A DNA stretch of 64,000 nt from Bdellovibrionota bacterium (GTDB lineage Bacteria > Bdellovibrionota > UBA2428). Each line of letters starts with the position of its first letter. Positions within the stretch are counted from its first letter, which is position 1. The stretch is taken from assembly GCA_035539375.1 (NCBI GenBank), contig DATLIP010000010.1, positions 6,364-70,363 on the forward strand. Reading direction: 5' to 3'. Positions 43,663 through 52,032 of the stretch are shown in pieces. The notes under the pieces were generated by a model. The model saw only the letters and a program-made list of their open reading frames with translations. It did no database searches and was not told where the DNA came from. The translations under genes and the position numbers were made by a program.

Positions 43663-44175
43663 TTACGGACTGAAGAGGCCGTAGCCGCCGATGCCCTGCG
43701 TGGGGCCGAGATCGATGAACTCGAACTTGAGTTCGCTGACTCCGGCCTTCGCGGTGCCCAGGTAGAGCCTCGCGTAAGCTTCGGTAGAGAGCGACACGTC
43801 GGCGTCGTCGGCGAGCTTGGCAAAGGACGCTTCGTCGATTTCGAGTTGAGCGAAGGGAATCGGAGTGCCCGCTTTGGCGATGGCGCGCATCTGGCCGGCC
43901 TTCACGCTCGAATCTTCGAACTCGGCGACTTCGTCGGTGATGTCAAAGTCGAGGGTTTTGCTGCCCTTGGCGTAGGCTTTGGCGAGATCCTTGGGCGCAA
44001 TGGATGCGCAGGCGAGCAGGGTTTCTTTGAGGCAGTGGCCATCGCAGCTCTCGTCGCCCATCTCGAGGCTCAAGAGGTGCGGTGTGGCTTTGAGCGATGC
44101 GCAGGGGTTTAGCGTTTTCGCTTGGGTCGTTAGGCCCACGGATAAAGTTCCGATAATAAAAAACAAGTTCTTCAT
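43663..44175 (-). CDS. Small secreted protein, function unknown
   Basis: GGAGGATGG upstream of ATG 44175. Signal MKNLFFIIGTLSVGLTTQA|KT. Four Cys in the first 50 mature residues. Confidence 0.5.
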   Translation of the reverse strand: MKNLFFIIGTLSVGLTTQAKTLNPCASLKATPHLLSLEMGDESCDGHCLKETLLACASIAPKDLAKAYAKGSKTLDFDITDEVAEFEDSSVKAGQMRAIAKAGTPIPFAQLEIDEASFAKLADDADVSLSTEAYARLYLGTAKAGVSELKFEFIDLGPTQGIGGYGLFSP

Positions 44176-44285
44176 ATCCCATCCTCCATGATGATTTTTT
44201 AGATCGTTTTCATGACTAGCGCGTGCCCGAGCCAAGTCAATTTTCTTTGACTTTTGTCGCGGCCTCTCATTAGGGTCACCGCATC

Positions 44286-45140
44286 ATGGTTTTCAAAATT
44301 TTGGCATGGAGTTTGGCCATGGGAATGAGTTTGGCGACATCGGCCATGACGCCATTTTCGCCAAGGTGTTCGGCGGTCCTTGCTCACGTGGAACTCGTCC
44401 CCCCTCTTCGTCGTCCCCCATCGCGGGAAGAAGCGTGGATGAGGGATGCTGCTAAGAGCTTCGCCCGTCAGGTACCCACGGGTGCGTTAAACGCTCGCGC
44501 TGAGCAGCTACTTCACGAGCCGGTAGATATTCTTGGAGGGCGTGCATGGCGCGAGATCGACGACTCCGATGGCCTGGTAAAACCACTCCGGATTCAAATA
44601 CATTTCTTTCCGCTGGCTCCTATGAAGCGTCTCATGACAGAGCTTTGGAGTATTCCCTACTTTCAAAGGCTGCTTGATACGGAGCAGCTCAATGAGATCA
44701 AAAAACATCGACGGCTTACCTTGAACTTTCACATCGTAGAAGAAGAGGGTTTTAACGATCTTAAAAATTTGATCGAGTCTTTGAATTCCAATGTAGATGT
44801 CTATCAAGTGGATTACGAGTTGGGTGAGGTGTCGTTGCTGTTTGCAAAATTTGATAACAACATGAAGCAGTGGATGATCTCCCGTTTTGTGGACCCGGGA
44901 AAAGCGATGAATCCTAAAGAGATGGCCGAATTTACCTTTTCAACCTCAACACCGGCTTCGTTCTTCGCTGAACTTCGAAAAATGACGGAGACTTACGGTT
45001 TAAAGTACGAATTCCTAGGCGATTATCATTCGCGTTCACGCAGTGTGCGGATGCGCGCCGATGTTTTTAACATTTACCAAATTGCGGGGATGACGCGCGC
45101 CACTTATTCGATGCTCCGTGGACCCAAGTTATCAAAATAA
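44286..45140 (+). CDS. Hypothetical protein with signal-like N-terminus, in a low-GC segment
   Basis: MVFKILAWSLAMGMSLATSA. Three 60-nt lines counted by hand (44641-44820) give 45%, 40% and 32% G+C, against 55% for line 45361-45420. Confidence 0.45.
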   Translation: MVFKILAWSLAMGMSLATSAMTPFSPRCSAVLAHVELVPPLRRPPSREEAWMRDAAKSFARQVPTGALNARAEQLLHEPVDILGGRAWREIDDSDGLVKPLRIQIHFFPLAPMKRLMTELWSIPYFQRLLDTEQLNEIKKHRRLTLNFHIVEEEGFNDLKNLIESLNSNVDVYQVDYELGEVSLLFAKFDNNMKQWMISRFVDPGKAMNPKEMAEFTFSTSTPASFFAELRKMTETYGLKYEFLGDYHSRSRSVRMRADVFNIYQIAGMTRATYSMLRGPKLSK

Positions 45141-45144
45141 AAAA

Positions 45145-45175
45145 AGCCCTCCCACGCAGCAAGCGTGGGAGGGCT
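45145..45175. terminator. Bidirectional rho-independent terminator
   Basis: AGCCCTCCCACGC (45145-45157), loop AGCAA, GCGTGGGAGGGCT (45163-45175). Flanked by an A-run upstream and TTT downstream, between convergent genes. Confidence 0.75.
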
Positions 45176-45189
45176 TTTGCGTTTGGGGT

Positions 45190-46998
45190 TTAGAGCAAGC
45201 GCAGCGCGGGATTCAGAATCTCGCCGCCGCGTTCGATCGACGGGACGTTCGGATGGTGAATGCGGATGCCGTTCGAGTGCTGGCGGTAGTTTTCTACCGA
45301 GGTCAGAGTCATCTTTGACTCCATCAGCGGGTTCAGCGGCAGCACGATCTCGGCCTTGTCGACGAGCTTCGAGGTAAACGAATCCGCCATAACGAGGGCC
45401 TTGGCTTGCGACAGGTAGTACGCAAAGGTTTCGTCGAGTGGGCGGGCGTTGGTTTGGCCGAAGTAGAAGACAGGACCTTTAGGCGTTTTGCCTTTGAGGA
45501 ACTGCGACTGGGCTTCGACAGGCACGATGCCTTCGTTCAGGAGGCCGCGCGAGTTAGGGTTCGTCCACGCGATGAGCACTTTGGCTTCAGGGGCGATCTT
45601 CTCGAGCGCTTTGAGTTCGTCTTCGGTGCGCGGCACAGGCACGATCCAAGCCGTAGACTCATTAGCTTTGGTTTTGGCGAGCGAATCCCAATCGGCTTGT
45701 TTCCAAGCGATCTGACCGGCGCGGATCTTTTGGCCGAGCTTGAGGCTCAAGATGGCGAGCACGTTCTCGAGTTCGCGGTAGTCGGCCCAAGGGCTGACGA
45801 TGGTCTTGATGCCTTCCCACTTGGCCTCTCCAGCGAACCACGGCGAAGCGGCGCGCGTTTTCCAGTACTCCATGAAGCGTTTGCTCCAGGTAGATTCGTT
45901 GATCGGGGCGACCTTGCGGCCGCGCTCGTTCCACGAGCCGAAAATTTCTTTGGCCCAGGCGATCTCTTCGTGAGGAGTGTTATCGGATACCCAGAATTCC
46001 CAGGTGGCGCCCTCAAAGTTTTGCGCGATGTTTTCGAGCTTGAGCTGAATCTCTTTGAGCGAGGTGGGCACGAGCGATTCGCCTGCCGCACGGCGAGCCA
46101 TGGGGGAGGCCAAGCGGTTGGCGAGCTCGTTGTGGTAGTGGTAACCCCAGCGACCGCGGTCGCACATCCACCACTGGTTGAGGTCGAGGTTCTCGCGCGG
46201 AACAATGCGCACGAGTTCGGGCACGGGTGCGAGGTGGTCGGGTCGTTCGATGCCCGGGTGACGGTGCTTGGTGTGCAGCTCGATGTTGCAACCGCTCGAA
46301 CAGCCAGTGCAAATGCCTTCGTGTTTCATCAGTTCCCAGGGACGCGCGACAAAGCGGTAGTCCTTGGCAGTGAGCGCGCCCACGGGGCAGAGATCCACCA
46401 CGTTGCCGCTAAAGGGAGTGTCAAAGGGTTTGTCTTCGAAGACGTCGATGACGTTCTCGCTGCCGCGGTTGTTGACCACGAGCTGAGCACGGCCGTCGAC
46501 TTCGCTAGAGAAACGTACGCAGCGCGTGCACAGGATGCAGCGCTCTTGGTCGAGCACGATGGTGTCGCCCAGTGAGTAGTGTTTTTTAGACTCACGCTTG
46601 TCGTCCACGAGGCGCGACGAGGGCAGACCATGGTCGTAGGTGTAATCTTGGAGCTTGCACTCACCGCCGCGATCGCAAATGGGGCAATCGAGGGGGTGGT
46701 TCAGGAGTGTGAATTCGAGCGTGGAGTTTTGGCCGGCGATGACCTTCTCCGATTGCGTGAGCACTTTCATGCCCGGCGCGACGGGAGTGGAACAGGCGGT
46801 GGCAAGCTTGGGCATGCCTTCGACTTCCACAAAACACATGCGGCACTGACCCGCGATCGAAAGACCCGGGTGGTAGCAGAAGTGCGGAATCGTTTTGTGC
46901 ACTTGTTCGGCGGCGGTGATCACTTTGGTGCCCGGCGGAACCGAAACTTCGATGCCGTCGATGCTGAGGGTAACTAGGTTTGGCTTGTTTTCACTCAT
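45190..46998 (-). CDS. nuoG: NADH-quinone oxidoreductase subunit G-like (short form, 602 aa)
   Basis: 2Fe-2S region HFCYHPGLSIAGQCRMCFVEVEG...ACSTPV; HPLDCPICDRGGECKLQDY; CILCTRCVRF; CPVGALT; extra CTGCSSGCNIELHTKH. The C-terminal half is divergent. Confidence 0.85.
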   Translation of the reverse strand: MSENKPNLVTLSIDGIEVSVPPGTKVITAAEQVHKTIPHFCYHPGLSIAGQCRMCFVEVEGMPKLATACSTPVAPGMKVLTQSEKVIAGQNSTLEFTLLNHPLDCPICDRGGECKLQDYTYDHGLPSSRLVDDKRESKKHYSLGDTIVLDQERCILCTRCVRFSSEVDGRAQLVVNNRGSENVIDVFEDKPFDTPFSGNVVDLCPVGALTAKDYRFVARPWELMKHEGICTGCSSGCNIELHTKHRHPGIERPDHLAPVPELVRIVPRENLDLNQWWMCDRGRWGYHYHNELANRLASPMARRAAGESLVPTSLKEIQLKLENIAQNFEGATWEFWVSDNTPHEEIAWAKEIFGSWNERGRKVAPINESTWSKRFMEYWKTRAASPWFAGEAKWEGIKTIVSPWADYRELENVLAILSLKLGQKIRAGQIAWKQADWDSLAKTKANESTAWIVPVPRTEDELKALEKIAPEAKVLIAWTNPNSRGLLNEGIVPVEAQSQFLKGKTPKGPVFYFGQTNARPLDETFAYYLSQAKALVMADSFTSKLVDKAEIVLPLNPLMESKMTLTSVENYRQHSNGIRIHHPNVPSIERGGEILNPALRLL

Positions 46999-47016
46999 GT
47001 CGTCTTAATCTCTTTT

Positions 47017-48723
47017 TTAGCGGTCAATTTCACCGAGCACGGGGTCGAGGCTCGCCACGGTGGTGACGACGTCCGCGATGATGTTGCCCGGAACGATTTC
47101 TTGGAGCACCTGGATCGAGCGGAACGCGGGGCTATGGATGTGCACGCGCGAGGGCTGATTGGTGCCGTCGGATTTGATAAAGAAGCCGAATTCCCCTTTG
47201 GGGTTTTCGATCGCCGAGTAGACTTGGCCCACTGGGGGTTTGAAGCCTTCGGAGATGATCTTGAAGTGCCAGATCAGCGCTTCCATCTCGGTGTAGATCT
47301 CTTGTTTGGTGGGGATCACCACTTCGGGCACGTCGGCGTTGACGGGGCCCGAGGGCAGGTTGGCGATGGCCTGGTTGATGATCTTGATCGACTCTTTCAT
47401 CTCGAGGATGCGCACGAGGTAACGGTCGTAGGCGTCGCCGTTGGTGCCCACAGGCACGTTGAAGTCGAAATCTTTGTAGGCCATGTACGGCATGTCTTTG
47501 CGCAGATCCCAGTTCACGCCTGAGGCGCGCAGGTTGGGACCAGTGACGCCGTAGCGAATGGCGGTGTCTTTGTTGATGACGCCCACGCCGCGTGTGCGGT
47601 CGATCCAAATGCGGTTGTTGGTGAGCAGACCTTCCATCTCGTCCAGAGTTTGCGGCAGCTGCTTGAGGAACTCAGTGAGACCGTTCAAGAAGTCTTTAGA
47701 GGCATCGCGCGAGACGCCACCCACGCGGGTGTACGAAGTGGTGAAGCGGTGACCGGCGAGTTTTTCGATAAGGTCGTAGATCTTCTCGCGCTCGTCGAAG
47801 GTGTGGAAGAATACAGTGCCGGCGCCCACGTCGAGGGCGTAGGTGCCCATCGAGAGCAAGTGCGCCGAGATGCGCGCCAGCTCGCAGGCGATGATGCGGA
47901 TGTACTGTGCGCGCTTGGGCGTTTCGATACCCAGGAGCTTCTCGACGGCGAGCGTGTAGCTCACGTTGTTCGAGAGCGGCGCCATGTAGTCGAGGCGGTC
48001 GGTGTAAGGGATGAACTGGTGGTAGCGTTTGTTCTCGGCGATCTTTTCAAATCCGCGGTGTAGGAATCCGATGTCCGGAACGCACTGGAGCACCGTTTCA
48101 CCGTCGATCTCAAGCATCAGGCGCAATACGCCGTGCGTGGACGGGTGCTGTGGGCCCATGTTCAGAATCAGCGTGTCGCTGTTCTTGGCTTTGATAGGGG
48201 TTTCGGTTTCGGGCATCGAAATGTCTGGCTGCATTTCCGAGCGCAGCGTGGGGCGCGTGCCCTTGTCGCGGCGGATGCGTTTTTGCACCGTCATGAGCGC
48301 TTGCAGGAGCGCCTCGGGTCGCGGCGGGCAACCGGGCACGTAAACGTCTACGGGAAGCACGTGGTCGAGGCCCTGCACCACAGGGTAGGAGTCGAACATG
48401 CCGCCCGTGCAAAGACAGGTGCCCATGGCGATGACCCACTTGGGTTCCATCATTTGGTCGTAAATACGGCGCACCACGGGCGCCATTTTGTAGGTGAGCG
48501 TGCCGGCGACGAGCATGAGGTCCGCTTGGCGCGGCGAAAAGCGCAGCACTTCGGAGCCAAAGCGCGACATGTCGTACTTGGGACCTACGGTGGCCATCAT
48601 CTCGATCGCGCAGCAGGAGATGCCCATCGGCATCGGCCATACGGAGTTCGAACGGCCCCAGTTGATGAGGTCGTCTAGGCGGGTGGTGATAATCGATTCG
48701 CTGAGTTTAGCTTCAAGACCCAT
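47017..48723 (-). CDS. Fused NADH-quinone oxidoreductase subunits B and D (no NuoC segment)
   Basis: NuoB part: [46 protein letters not shown] linker of roughly 35 aa. NuoD part: [18 protein letters not shown]...[12 protein letters not shown]...DRLDY... ending [12 protein letters not shown] 48723 preferred; the track start at 48744 is TTG. Confidence 0.85.
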   Translation of the reverse strand: MGLEAKLSESIITTRLDDLINWGRSNSVWPMPMGISCCAIEMMATVGPKYDMSRFGSEVLRFSPRQADLMLVAGTLTYKMAPVVRRIYDQMMEPKWVIAMGTCLCTGGMFDSYPVVQGLDHVLPVDVYVPGCPPRPEALLQALMTVQKRIRRDKGTRPTLRSEMQPDISMPETETPIKAKNSDTLILNMGPQHPSTHGVLRLMLEIDGETVLQCVPDIGFLHRGFEKIAENKRYHQFIPYTDRLDYMAPLSNNVSYTLAVEKLLGIETPKRAQYIRIIACELARISAHLLSMGTYALDVGAGTVFFHTFDEREKIYDLIEKLAGHRFTTSYTRVGGVSRDASKDFLNGLTEFLKQLPQTLDEMEGLLTNNRIWIDRTRGVGVINKDTAIRYGVTGPNLRASGVNWDLRKDMPYMAYKDFDFNVPVGTNGDAYDRYLVRILEMKESIKIINQAIANLPSGPVNADVPEVVIPTKQEIYTEMEALIWHFKIISEGFKPPVGQVYSAIENPKGEFGFFIKSDGTNQPSRVHIHSPAFRSIQVLQEIVPGNIIADVVTTVASLDPVLGEIDR

Positions 48724-48740
48724 GAGTAATTTATTACACC

Positions 48741-49100
48741 TCAAACGGGCTGGTGGCGACTCTCGTTTTCGTTAATATCTTCGAGTTCCGCGGGGGAGTC
48801 TGACTGCATTTGGTAGGATTTTAAGAGTCGATCAAGACGCTTTAAAACGTGCTCGTTGTACTCGAGTTTGGCGATCAGGCGCTCCGCTTCGATGGGCATG
48901 GGGCCCTTGTCGAAAACACGGCTGCGTGTGAGTTCGCCGAGCTGTTGGTAGAGGCGGCGCTCCTTTTTTTGAAGCTGTGCAGCATCCCACAGGGTTCGGG
49001 CAATGCGACCCGCGCGCGAGAGCTCCGCGAGGCTGGGGGCGATGAGTTTGCGGGATTGGGTGGCGACGCGGCGGACGAAAGACTTGTCGGGATTTGCCAT
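48741..49100 (-). CDS. Small hydrophilic coiled-coil protein, function unknown
   Basis: 119 aa with no TM segment and heptad-like segments ([38 protein letters not shown]). The stop lies 17 nt upstream of (or overlaps) the nuoB-D start. Confidence 0.4.
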   Translation of the reverse strand: MANPDKSFVRRVATQSRKLIAPSLAELSRAGRIARTLWDAAQLQKKERRLYQQLGELTRSRVFDKGPMPIEAERLIAKLEYNEHVLKRLDRLLKSYQMQSDSPAELEDINENESRHQPV

Positions 49101-49140
49101 GAAACAATCTTAGCAGCGAAAACCCGAGGCCGCCATAACG

Positions 49141-49194
49141 TACCCGTCCCCGCGGTAGCTGGAACTAAAGTTCCAGCTACCGCGGGGACGGGTA
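49141..49194. repeat. Perfect 25-nt inverted repeat with 4-nt loop (palindrome family, site e)
   Basis: TACCCGTCCCCGCGGTAGCTGGAAC (49141-49165), loop TAAA, exact reverse complement (49170-49194). Confidence 0.9.
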
Positions 49195-49252
49195 GCGAAG
49201 CGATAGCCGTCTTGGGACGGGTAGCGAAGCGATAGCCGTCTTGGGACGGGTA
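49195..49252. repeat. Perfect 2 x 29-nt tandem direct repeat abutting the palindrome
   Basis: GCGAAGCGATAGCCGTCTTGGGACGGGTA at 49195-49223 and again at 49224-49252. Each unit ends with the same GGGACGGGTA that ends the palindrome arm. Confidence 0.9.
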
Positions 49253-49263
49253 TGGAATGGGAC

Positions 49264-49806
49264 TTAGAATTGGTAGCCGAGGAGCAGGTCGACGGAGCGG
49301 GTTTTGATGGAGTTGCTGTCTGTACCGCCTTCGAGAACGTTGGCGAGACCCAGGTTGTAGCGCGCTTCGAAAGTGATGCCGTTAAGGCCCACTCCGACGC
49401 CGAAGACGGCACCGTAGTCCGTGGTTTTCATTCCGCTGAAATTCTCTTTGTTGAGGCCGATGGCGTAATAACCGCCAGCCGTAGTGAAGAGAGCGGGGAT
49501 CAGGCTCAGCTTGATTTGCGCTGGAATGTGCAAAAAGTTCAGGGTCGAGGAAGCGTCTGAGCTGAGTTTGCGCTGAGCAAAGAGCGCGTCAACCACGAAG
49601 CCCACGAGGCCGGCATTCACATCGAGGCTCAGGCCGCCGATCATGCCCATTTCGTAGTCCATGTTCAGCGTCTGGGGTACGGTGACAATGCTGGCGAGGC
49701 CAGCGCCGCCCTTGATGCCGAGGCTTACCAGCGCGTGCGCAGGCATGGCGGTGGCGATGAGGCCAGTGGCGATAAGGAATTGAGAAACCTTGAGTTTTAG
49801 TGACAT
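49264..49806 (-). CDS. Small outer-membrane beta-barrel protein (OmpW/OMP_b-brl-like)
   Basis: GGAGGATCC upstream of ATG 49806. Signal MSLKLKVSQFLIATGLIATAMPAHA|LV. Alternating Gly/aromatic strands, ending LLLGYQF. Confidence 0.7.
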   Translation of the reverse strand: MSLKLKVSQFLIATGLIATAMPAHALVSLGIKGGAGLASIVTVPQTLNMDYEMGMIGGLSLDVNAGLVGFVVDALFAQRKLSSDASSTLNFLHIPAQIKLSLIPALFTTAGGYYAIGLNKENFSGMKTTDYGAVFGVGVGLNGITFEARYNLGLANVLEGGTDSNSIKTRSVDLLLGYQF

Positions 49807-49972
49807 GTGGTGGATCCTCCCAAATGATGGATACCGCTTGAGATTTGCGCCCGCGAGCATTGACGGCTCGGCGCAAATGCCGTAAATCCATCTCTCCTTA
49901 GTTTACCAAACTAGGGTGTGTTGTGGGATTTGGAGCCGTCACTTCGCTGGCGCTTTGACCCACCAAAGTCGT

Positions 49973-50059
49973 GCCGAAGTGGCGGAATTGGTAGACGCAG
50001 TGGATTCAAAATCCACCGTCCGTTAGGGCTTGAGAGTTCGAGTCTCTCCTTCGGTACCA
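49973..50059 (+). tRNA. tRNA-Leu (anticodon CAA), type II with long variable arm, CCA encoded
   Basis: Folded by hand. Acceptor GCCGAAG/CTTCGGT (G1:U72 wobble), D-arm GCGG-AATTGGTAGA-CGC, anticodon stem GTGGA/TCCAC with loop TTCAAAA, variable arm CGTCCGTTAGGGCTT, T-arm GAGAG-TTCGAGT-CTCTC, then A-CCA. 87 nt. Confidence 0.9.
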
Positions 50060-50210
50060 TTAACATTCGGGCAATCGCCCGAATGAACACATGTCTCAAA
50101 GGACCGCTGCGCGGTCTCCTTCGGTACCATAATATATTCGGGCTAGCGCCCGAATGATTCTTTGTCTCAGGGACTCCGCTTCGCGGAGTAACCTTCGGTA
50201 TTGCGCACCA
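50045..50210 (+). repeat. About 2.5 degenerate tandem modules (roughly 70 nt), each starting with a copy of the tRNA-Leu 3-prime end
   Basis: TCTCCTTCGGTACCAT at 50045-50060 (tRNA end) and again at 50115-50130; CCTTCGGTA at 50192-50200. Each module then carries ATTCGGGC-NNN(N)-GCCCGAAT, TGTCTCA, and a GC hairpin (GACCGC/GCGGTC; ACTCCGC/GCGGAGT). Confidence 0.8.
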
Positions 50211-50264
50211 CAAAAGTTGGATGTCAAGGGACCCGCTTCGCGGAGTCCCCGTACAAAATTAGAA

Positions 50265-51284
50265 TTACTTGAGCAAAAATTCTTTGATGGTCTTTTCGTC
50301 GATCGCTTGGGTGGCGTTGAGCTCTAGGCTGCGACCGGAGAGATTTTCGATGATCTGATTTTTTGTTCCCAAGTTGATGGATTGAAGATCGGGGCCGATG
50401 GAGAATCCTCGAGCCAAAAATTTCAAAAGTTGCTCCGCGCTTTTGCGGTCTACTTCGGCGTAATTGATGTAAAGACGAAATTCAGGGATGAAGGGTTTGA
50501 GGTGTTCTTCAAGTCGTGCACGTTGCTCTTCGAGGGCTTCTCGATTTTGCGTCGTTTTGAGAGTTTCTTTTTTGATGAGCAAATTGACTTGTTCCGCTTC
50601 GCGATCTCCGCGCGACGCCGCATTCAGAGTTACGGAGCGGCCAATGACGTATTCGTTATTGGCAATGGAAATGAGCGAAAGGTTTTCGATCTTAGGGAGA
50701 GTTTTCTGAATTCGCTGAGTGGTCTCTAAAATCTGGGCAGCGCTGAGGTTTTCATAATCCACATCGAGTTGGATGTTTTTCTTTTCGAGCTCATCGGCCA
50801 CTCTGACCAACTCACCCCAGACTTCGACCTTTACCTTGCTGGCTTTGAGCGATTCTGTGTGTTCTAAAAAGTAGCTTTGTTTTTTGCTGTCAAAGGCAGA
50901 CTGAACGTCGAGCGTGAGATTCGTGGCGACTTCGTAGATTCCAAATTGGTTGCCACTGGCTCCGTTAAAGCGATTGAAGACGATATAAGTCACGTGCTTG
51001 TTGATGAGGGTTTCTGGGTTCAGCAAAAGCCGAAGAGTGGACTCGAGGGCTTCGTTGTTGACGTCTAGTCCTTTGGCGAATTCAAAACGGATCTTGGGAT
51101 ACTGGCGACGAACCTCTTCGACGAGGGCCAGGTTCGATTCCGAAACCGGAGCCAGGCGGGCTTGGGGAGCCTTTTGGGCCTTAGGGGCGACGGTTGTAGA
51201 GGGCTTGTTCACGCCGCATGCAGAGGCAAAAAGGACGACGGTAAGGGGGGTGGTGGTGAGCCATGGAAATCGGCTGGTTTTCAT
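50265..51284 (-). CDS. Putative lipoprotein, function unknown (lower-GC gene)
   Basis: Start MKTSRFPWLTTTPLTVVLFASAC|GVN (ATG 51284). Lines counted by hand (50341-50520 and 50701-50760) give 40-50% G+C. Confidence 0.5.
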   Translation of the reverse strand: MKTSRFPWLTTTPLTVVLFASACGVNKPSTTVAPKAQKAPQARLAPVSESNLALVEEVRRQYPKIRFEFAKGLDVNNEALESTLRLLLNPETLINKHVTYIVFNRFNGASGNQFGIYEVATNLTLDVQSAFDSKKQSYFLEHTESLKASKVKVEVWGELVRVADELEKKNIQLDVDYENLSAAQILETTQRIQKTLPKIENLSLISIANNEYVIGRSVTLNAASRGDREAEQVNLLIKKETLKTTQNREALEEQRARLEEHLKPFIPEFRLYINYAEVDRKSAEQLLKFLARGFSIGPDLQSINLGTKNQIIENLSGRSLELNATQAIDEKTIKEFLLK

Positions 51285-51421
51285 GGCCAGACTAATATTG
51301 CGGTGCGTAAACGGCGTCAAGCCAAATCCTGCTTGGAGCAGGCCGGAGGGCGCGCTCACGTATGGGGAAAATTTAACAGAGTCCTCATACACCTTAAATC
51401 CTTAGGGTTTAGATTCGGCTT

Positions 51422-51928
51422 GTGGGAAATTTATCAAATTCATTGGGAGTGACCTTTCGCAATGTTCTTTTCGCTATGGCCGTAGCTTTGATGGGCTTGG
51501 TGGCCTCGAAGTCGGCCTTTGCACAGCGGAGCTTTACCAACTACGTCGATGTTGAAATGCGCACCGAGCTTCAGCCCGGACAAACGATTTCGGTATTTCG
51601 CCATTTGAATTTTGGTTTTGGCAAACGCGGTGAGTGCGGACGCGAGCTCAATGCCGTCACTGTCACGGTGGAACGCACGGTGCCCAAGCGCGAAACCACA
51701 CTCAGTCTCTATTCCAATGTCGACGTGAGCGAATCCAAGATTTCTGTAAAAAAAGCTCCGCAAAATTATCTGCTGCGTGTGCAAAAGCTCAAAATTTTCT
51801 GTGAGCAACTCGAGAATCTGGACCTCGTGAATGAGGGGACTTCGACCATATATATAGACCGCATTCGCCTAGAACTCGGCAAGGGCTTTGGCGCCTTTCC
51901 TGAAACTCGGGTCCTCTCTCGCGAGTGA
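51422..51928 (+). CDS. Small secreted protein, function unknown
   Basis: GTG 51422 or ATG 51476. Signal ...FAMAVALMGLVASKSAFA|QRS. Confidence 0.4.
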   Translation: MGNLSNSLGVTFRNVLFAMAVALMGLVASKSAFAQRSFTNYVDVEMRTELQPGQTISVFRHLNFGFGKRGECGRELNAVTVTVERTVPKRETTLSLYSNVDVSESKISVKKAPQNYLLRVQKLKIFCEQLENLDLVNEGTSTIYIDRIRLELGKGFGAFPETRVLSRE

Positions 51929-52032
51929 AGAATCGGCACTTTGCCCCTTTATGTAGCAAATTTGTGATATTTTGATGAGTTCTGCCCTTTGACGATTGGA
52001 TTTTCACGTCATATGACTACGCACCAATCCTT

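Noticed and set aside
49195-49252. Possible CRISPR array (29-nt perfect repeats)
   Set aside because: There are only two copies, directly abutting with no spacers, and no cas genes in the window. This is a tandem duplication, not a CRISPR array.
49911-50213. Two ORFs (100 aa minus strand, 79 aa plus strand) across the tRNA-Leu region
   Set aside because: They overlap a well-folding tRNA and its downstream repeat modules, which explain the sequence better.
52008-52017. 10-bp palindrome GTCATATGAC and a TGTGA-N6-GATGA element upstream of the PTS operon, considered as a possible CRP/Mlc-type operator
   Set aside because: The palindrome is too short and the CRP-like half-site match is poor. A call cannot be supported without comparative data.
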